DNA of 64,000 nucleotides from assembly GCA_964344655.1 (NCBI GenBank), contig CAYFOF010000003.1, forward strand, positions 428 to 64,427, in the 5' to 3' direction. The position numbers and the translations under genes were made by a program. A model generated the notes under the pieces. That model was given only the letters and a program-made list of their open reading frames with translations. It was not told the DNA's origin and did no database searches. This DNA comes from Candidatus Woesearchaeota archaeon. GTDB lineage: Archaea > Nanobdellota > Nanobdellia > SCGC-AAA011-G17 > PNOQ01. Positions within the stretch are counted from its first letter, which is position 1. Every line of letters starts with the position of its first letter. This document shows, piece by piece, positions 59,897 through 64,000 of the stretch.

Positions 59897-61129
59897 TTAT
59901 TCATATCTTAGTGCATCTACAGGTTTTAGTTTTGAAGCTTGTCTAGCTGGAAGTACTCCGGATGCTGCTCCAACTAAAAATGAAAATAATAATGCACCGA
60001 TAATTAATGGGATTGTTACGCTTGCTCCAAGCATGTTTGAACCTAAAGCTTGTTGAGCAATGAATTCTACTAGTTTTGCAATTCCAACTCCAAGTATTAC
60101 TCCAATTGCCCCACCAACCAATCCTAGTGAGCCAGATTCTATTAAGAATATTAATAACACATCAGAATTTTTAGCACCAATAGCTTTCATAGTTCCGATG
60201 TCTTTAGTTCTTTCTAGTACGGAAGTGTACATTGTGTTCATAATTCCAACTCCACCAACTAATAATGAAATTGCTGCAATACCAACAAGAACTGCTGAAA
60301 TTACTGAGAATATTGAACTAAATGAATCTAATAGTTGTTCGGAAGTTTGTACGTTAAATGTTTCTTGATCTTCTTTTTCGTTTCTTGAATCTCTAAGTTC
60401 GTCTTTTATTCTTTCTGCTACGTTTTCAGGATCGAAACCTTCTTCAGTTTTTACTAAAATTTGTGATTCTTCATCTCCAACGTTTAAAATTTCTCTTAGA
60501 GTTTCTTTTGGAACATAAATTGAACCATCATCGTAAGGATTTCCAGATTTTTCAAATACACCAATAATTTTGAATTCATGCCCTTCAATTATTATTGTAT
60601 CTCTTATTCTTAATCCATCATCCCAGATTGCGCTTTCTTCACCGTCTTTGTCGTAAATATGACTGTATCCAACTACGGCTTTGAATTTATCTCCTTTTTT
60701 TAGTGATCTTCCTTCTAAGACATCAAAAGGTTGGGTTTCCAACATTGTGTCTAGTTCATTTGGGTTAACACCGATGGCAAAGCCTATTTCAGATTGATCT
60801 CCCACGGTTGCCTGGCCGGTTTTGACAAGATAACCCATTGCCCACTTTACACCCTTGGTATCTTCTATTACTTGTAAATCTTTACTTGTTAATAAGAGAG
60901 ATTTTGTGGTTACAGATCCGGGAGGACCCATGGTTTTGGGTTCAATGATTATTTTGTCGCTTCCAAGCATTTCAAATTGATCTGAAATAAAGTCTTGAAG
61001 ACCTTGACCAATAGAGATTAAACTAACTACGGCAGCTATTCCAATGAATATCCCTAGCATTGTAAGCCAGGATCTCATTTTTCTCTGCCTTATTCCATTT
61101 ATTGCAAATGTGAAATAGTCAGCAATCAT
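59897..61129 (-). CDS. ABC transporter permease, MacB/FtsX-like (N-terminal TM, large extracytoplasmic domain, C-terminal three-TM FtsX domain)
   Basis: 410 aa; MacB periplasmic-core-like middle region; FtsX-type C-terminal helices. Confidence 0.8.
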   Translation of the reverse strand: MIADYFTFAINGIRQRKMRSWLTMLGIFIGIAAVVSLISIGQGLQDFISDQFEMLGSDKIIIEPKTMGPPGSVTTKSLLLTSKDLQVIEDTKGVKWAMGYLVKTGQATVGDQSEIGFAIGVNPNELDTMLETQPFDVLEGRSLKKGDKFKAVVGYSHIYDKDGEESAIWDDGLRIRDTIIIEGHEFKIIGVFEKSGNPYDDGSIYVPKETLREILNVGDEESQILVKTEEGFDPENVAERIKDELRDSRNEKEDQETFNVQTSEQLLDSFSSIFSVISAVLVGIAAISLLVGGVGIMNTMYTSVLERTKDIGTMKAIGAKNSDVLLIFLIESGSLGLVGGAIGVILGVGIAKLVEFIAQQALGSNMLGASVTIPLIIGALLFSFLVGAASGVLPARQASKLKPVDALRYE

Positions 61130-61965
61130 TGTTTTCGTCTTTTCTTAATTTTCCTGTATATTACGAAAGCAATTATCAACACAACAATTCCAGTAATTAC
61201 AAAAGGAGTATTACTTGTTTGTATTAATCCAAGATCTTTTGCTTCTTTTTGTGTGTATATGTCTATTTCAACACTTTGTACATCTGAATGGATGTTATTT
61301 AGTGCATCTGCGTATTCTATGTAAACTTTAATTGGTAGATTTCTTCCAGCCAAAGGATAGTTTATTTTTAGATCAAATTCTGCAGTATCGTAATCATCAG
61401 AATCTAAATCCCCAATGTAAACATCATTTGTTGAAATTATATCATAGAATGCACTATGTCCTAACTTTACATTTAAGAATTGTATGTCAGCTAGACCCTT
61501 ATTTACTATTTTTACATCTATTGTAGATCTATCTCCAACAATAAAATCAGGATTATCTATTGAAATTGATAATTTAGCATTTGTGTCAACTATGAAGCTA
61601 ATTACATCTTCTTTAGTTTCATCATCGTATTCTATCAAAACAGGGATTTTATATATTCCTGGTTTTGCATTTGGCAATACGATAACATCAAATTCTATAT
61701 TTTCTTTATCATCATATCTTATTTCATCTATAGTTTGTGTACTTGAACCTGCTGGTGAGATTGGCATGTCACTTGAGGATAAATCAAGTTTTACTATTAC
61801 GTCTTGTATTGTATTTTCTAAGTTATTTTCTATTTTTAATTCGATTGTTGCTCTGTTTCCAGGTTCTACTGTTGATGGAGATGTTTCTACTTGATCTATG
61901 TTTATAGCAGATACATTTGCCATTAGTAAAACTGAAAATATTGCAACTAACATTATTTTGTTCAT
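61126..61965 (-). CDS. Secreted protein with C-terminal TM anchor, partner of the MacB-like ABC transporter
   Basis: Signal peptide MNKIMLVAIFSVLLMANVSA, a beta-rich body, and C-terminal VITGIVVLIIAFVIY-RKIKKRRKQ (TM plus basic tail). 4-nt overlaps with both ABC genes. Confidence 0.5.
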   Translation of the reverse strand: MNKIMLVAIFSVLLMANVSAINIDQVETSPSTVEPGNRATIELKIENNLENTIQDVIVKLDLSSSDMPISPAGSSTQTIDEIRYDDKENIEFDVIVLPNAKPGIYKIPVLIEYDDETKEDVISFIVDTNAKLSISIDNPDFIVGDRSTIDVKIVNKGLADIQFLNVKLGHSAFYDIISTNDVYIGDLDSDDYDTAEFDLKINYPLAGRNLPIKVYIEYADALNNIHSDVQSVEIDIYTQKEAKDLGLIQTSNTPFVITGIVVLIIAFVIYRKIKKRRKQ

Positions 61966-62654
61966 TTTACAATCCTCCCGTCTTGTATCTTGATCACCCT
62001 TTTTGCTCTACGCGCAATGTTAGAATCATGAGTTATAATAACAACAGTTTTGTTGTGTTGTTCGTTTAGTGTTTTTAGTAATTCCATAATTTCTTCTCCG
62101 GTTTTAGAATCTAAATTTCCAGTTGGTTCGTCTGCAAGAATAACTTCAGAATTTGTTACTAAAGCTCTAGCAATTGCAACTCTTTGTCTTTCTCCACCAG
62201 ATAATTCAGTTGGTTTGTGAGTTAATCTATGATCTAGTTTAACTTTTTCAAGTTCTTGTTTTGCTCTCTTTGTTGCTTCACTTTTTGGAATTCCTTGAAA
62301 TGTTAAAGGAAGTGTTACATTTTGTAAAGCAGTTAGAGAAGGTATTAAGTTAAAATTTTGAAATATGAATCCTATCTTTTTTCCTCTTAGTTGTGCTAAT
62401 TCTGATTCGTCTAGTTTTGAAATATCTTTATTATCTAAGTAAATTATTCCTCTTGTTGGAGTATCTAGAGAACCAATCATGTTCATTGTTGTTGATTTTC
62501 CAGAACCCGAAGGACCAATAATTGCTAGAAATTCTCCTTTTTTTATATCTAGATCTATTCCTTTTAATATTGGAACTTCATTTTTTGCCAGAATGTAACT
62601 TTTTTCTACATTTTCCAGCTTAATTACGGTATTTTCCATGTTCAGTACCACCAA
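61962..62654 (-). CDS. ABC transporter ATP-binding protein (MacB/LolD-type)
   Basis: Walker A GPSGSGKST, Q-loop, ABC signature LSGGERQR, Walker B ILADEPTGNLD, H-loop ITHD. Confidence 0.9.
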   Translation of the reverse strand: MVVLNMENTVIKLENVEKSYILAKNEVPILKGIDLDIKKGEFLAIIGPSGSGKSTTMNMIGSLDTPTRGIIYLDNKDISKLDESELAQLRGKKIGFIFQNFNLIPSLTALQNVTLPLTFQGIPKSEATKRAKQELEKVKLDHRLTHKPTELSGGERQRVAIARALVTNSEVILADEPTGNLDSKTGEEIMELLKTLNEQHNKTVVIITHDSNIARRAKRVIKIQDGRIVK

Positions 62655-62711
62655 TAAGTGGTTTATAAATGTTGTGTATCATAGAAAGATTTATATATTA
62701 GTAACTATTCC

Positions 62712-62727
62712 TTATTAATAATTATTC
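62712..62727. promoter_or_regulatory. Candidate Fur-family operator: AT-rich palindrome TTATTAATAATTATTC centred on AATAATTATT, 13 nt upstream of the fur start
   Basis: Perfect 10-bp palindrome AATAATTATT (62717-62726) within an inverted-repeat context resembling Fur/PerR boxes (TTATAAT-N-ATTATAA-like). Confidence 0.3.
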
Positions 62728-62739
62728 TTAATAGTAAAA

Positions 62740-63108
62740 ATGGAAACTCGTATGACAAACCAAAAATTGAAAATTATGCAGCATTTAGAGAGTGTTAGAA
62801 CTCACCCAACTGCTGAAATGATATTCAAAGAAGTTTCCAAAGAATTGCCAGCAATTTCATTAGCTACAGTTTATAGAAATTTAAACTTGTTGGCTTCTGA
62901 AGGAAGGATATTGAAATTAGAAATAAATGGAGAAGCACATTTTGATGGATTTTGTAGTGGACATCCACATTTTGTATGTAGTAATTGTGGAAAAATTTAT
63001 GATATTGATCAAGAAGAAATTTCTAAATATGCTTTAAAGAAATTGAAAAGTTTTGAAGCTAGTTCTGTTAAAGTTATTTTTAATGGAATTTGTAAAAGTT
63101 GTAAGTAA
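62740..63108 (+). CDS. fur: Fur-family metalloregulator (Fur/PerR-like)
   Basis: DNA-binding helix SLATVYRNLNLLASEGRI, His cluster HFDGFCSGHPHF, and C-terminal CxxC...CKSC. 122 aa. Confidence 0.85.
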   Translation: METRMTNQKLKIMQHLESVRTHPTAEMIFKEVSKELPAISLATVYRNLNLLASEGRILKLEINGEAHFDGFCSGHPHFVCSNCGKIYDIDQEEISKYALKKLKSFEASSVKVIFNGICKSCK

Positions 63109-63120
63109 GGAGGAATAAAA

Positions 63121-63696
63121 ATGAAATTAGAATATGATTATGGAGCATTAGAGCCATATATAGATGAAGAAACAATGAAAATACATCATGATAAACACTA
63201 TCATGCTTATTATGATAATTTTATGAAAGCAATCACAGGAACTGAATTAGAAGAAAAAGATGTAAAAGAAATATTATCAGATTTAGATTCGATTCCAGAA
63301 GAAATTAAAACTGCTGTTGTAAATAATGGTGGAGGATATTTTAATCACAGATTTTTCTGGACAATATTAAAGAAAGATGTTCCCTTTGAAGGAGAGATTG
63401 CCGAAGCAATAAAAGAGAAATTTGATAATTTTGAAGAGGAATTTAGTAATGCGGCTACAACTCAATTTGGAAGTGGATGGGCTTGGTTAGTTTTAGATGA
63501 TGGAGAATTAAAAATTATAAAAACTTCAAATCAAGAATCTCCAATTAGTAAAGGAATGATTCCTTTATTGACTATTGATGTTTGGGAGCATGCGTATTAT
63601 TTGAAATATCAAAATAAAAGACCAGATTATGTTAAGAATTTTCTTAATGTGATAAACTGGAAAAAAGTAAATGAATATTATATGGAGGCAAAATAA
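63121..63696 (+). CDS. sod: Fe/Mn superoxide dismutase
   Basis: KHHDKHYHAYYDNF and DVWEHAYYL metal-ligand motifs. 191 aa. GGAGG SD upstream. Confidence 0.9.
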   Translation: MKLEYDYGALEPYIDEETMKIHHDKHYHAYYDNFMKAITGTELEEKDVKEILSDLDSIPEEIKTAVVNNGGGYFNHRFFWTILKKDVPFEGEIAEAIKEKFDNFEEEFSNAATTQFGSGWAWLVLDDGELKIIKTSNQESPISKGMIPLLTIDVWEHAYYLKYQNKRPDYVKNFLNVINWKKVNEYYMEAK

Positions 63697-63697
63697 A

Positions 63698-64000
63698 ATG
63701 GAAGAACAAAAATTAGAAATAGGAAAACCAGCTCCAGATTTTGAATTGGAAGCTTTTCAAGATGGTGATGTTAAAAAAGTAAAATTATCTTCTTTGCGAG
63801 GAAAGTGGGTGGCATTAGTATTTTATCCAGCCGACTTTACGTTTATTTGTCCAACTGAATTGGGCGAATTAGCAGATAAATATCCAGAATTTAAAGAAAA
63901 TAATATTGAGATATTAAGTGCGAGTACGGATACTGTTTTTGTGCATAAAGCATGGTTTGATAACTCTGAAACTATTAAAAAAATAAAATATCCAATGTTA
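63698..64000 (+). CDS. Peroxiredoxin (2-Cys Prx/AhpC type), 3'-truncated by the window end
   Basis: PAPDFELEAF ... FYPADFTFICPTE peroxidatic-Cys motif. ATG at 63698 with AGGAGG-like RBS. Runs off the window. Confidence 0.85.
   Translation, partial: MEEQKLEIGKPAPDFELEAFQDGDVKKVKLSSLRGKWVALVFYPADFTFICPTELGELADKYPEFKENNIEILSASTDTVFVHKAWFDNSETIKKIKYPML

Overview
This 64 kb window is AT-rich and gene-dense, with many 4-nt ATGA start/stop overlaps, and looks like a small-genome (DPANN-like) archaeon.

- **Archaeal markers:** TFB/TFIIB, an LSm–L37e pair, S8e, Kae1, GatD plus a GatE-like subunit, deoxyhypusine synthase, TrmB, ATP-dependent DNA ligase, and intron-containing tRNAs.
- **Bacterial-type genes mixed in:** FabH-like KAS III, NrdR with a canonical NrdR box, CspA, a FeoA domain, FtsZ, and a Fur–SOD–Prx cluster.
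- **Six tRNA genes:** Glu-UUC, Leu-UAA, Thr-GGU, Val-GAC, one intron-containing tRNA that may be Ile-UAU, and one ~124-nt interrupted tRNA whose isotype I could not resolve.
- **Most unusual locus (16.5–27.6 kb, minus strand):** a three-gene operon bracketed by two tRNA genes.
  - A 517-aa protein with a C-terminal calcineurin-like metallophosphoesterase domain.
  - A 657-aa protein with an archaeal class III (prepilin-like) signal peptide.
  - A 2492-aa secreted giant protein, translationally coupled to the 657-aa gene.
  - The giant protein's last ~600 residues chain a lytic transglycosylase (SLT), a CHAP-type Cys/His peptidase and an SGNH/GDSL esterase. Together these are a complete peptidoglycan-dismantling toolkit, in an organism that should not make murein.
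- **Secreted proteolysis/adhesion module (2.3–8.7 kb):** an HExxH metalloprotease, a 1024-aa beta-helix lipoprotein, and a subtilisin lipoprotein.
- **Further loci:**
  - A free-standing double-motif LAGLIDADG endonuclease next to tRNA-Leu.
  - A nrdR–nrdJ–dut operon with a perfect 16-bp NrdR-box palindrome.
  - A tightly coupled regulator / redox-protein / IscS / IscU operon.
  - A 34-aa zinc-ribbon micro-ORF coupled to kae1.
  - A polyamine/hypusine gene neighbourhood.
  - A stand-alone Cas4-like nuclease (no CRISPR array in the window).
  - Tandem paralogous micro-membrane proteins.
  - A MacB-type ABC transporter.
  - A candidate Fur-family operator upstream of fur–sod–prx.

All calls come from reading motifs in the translations and the DNA; no database searches were run.
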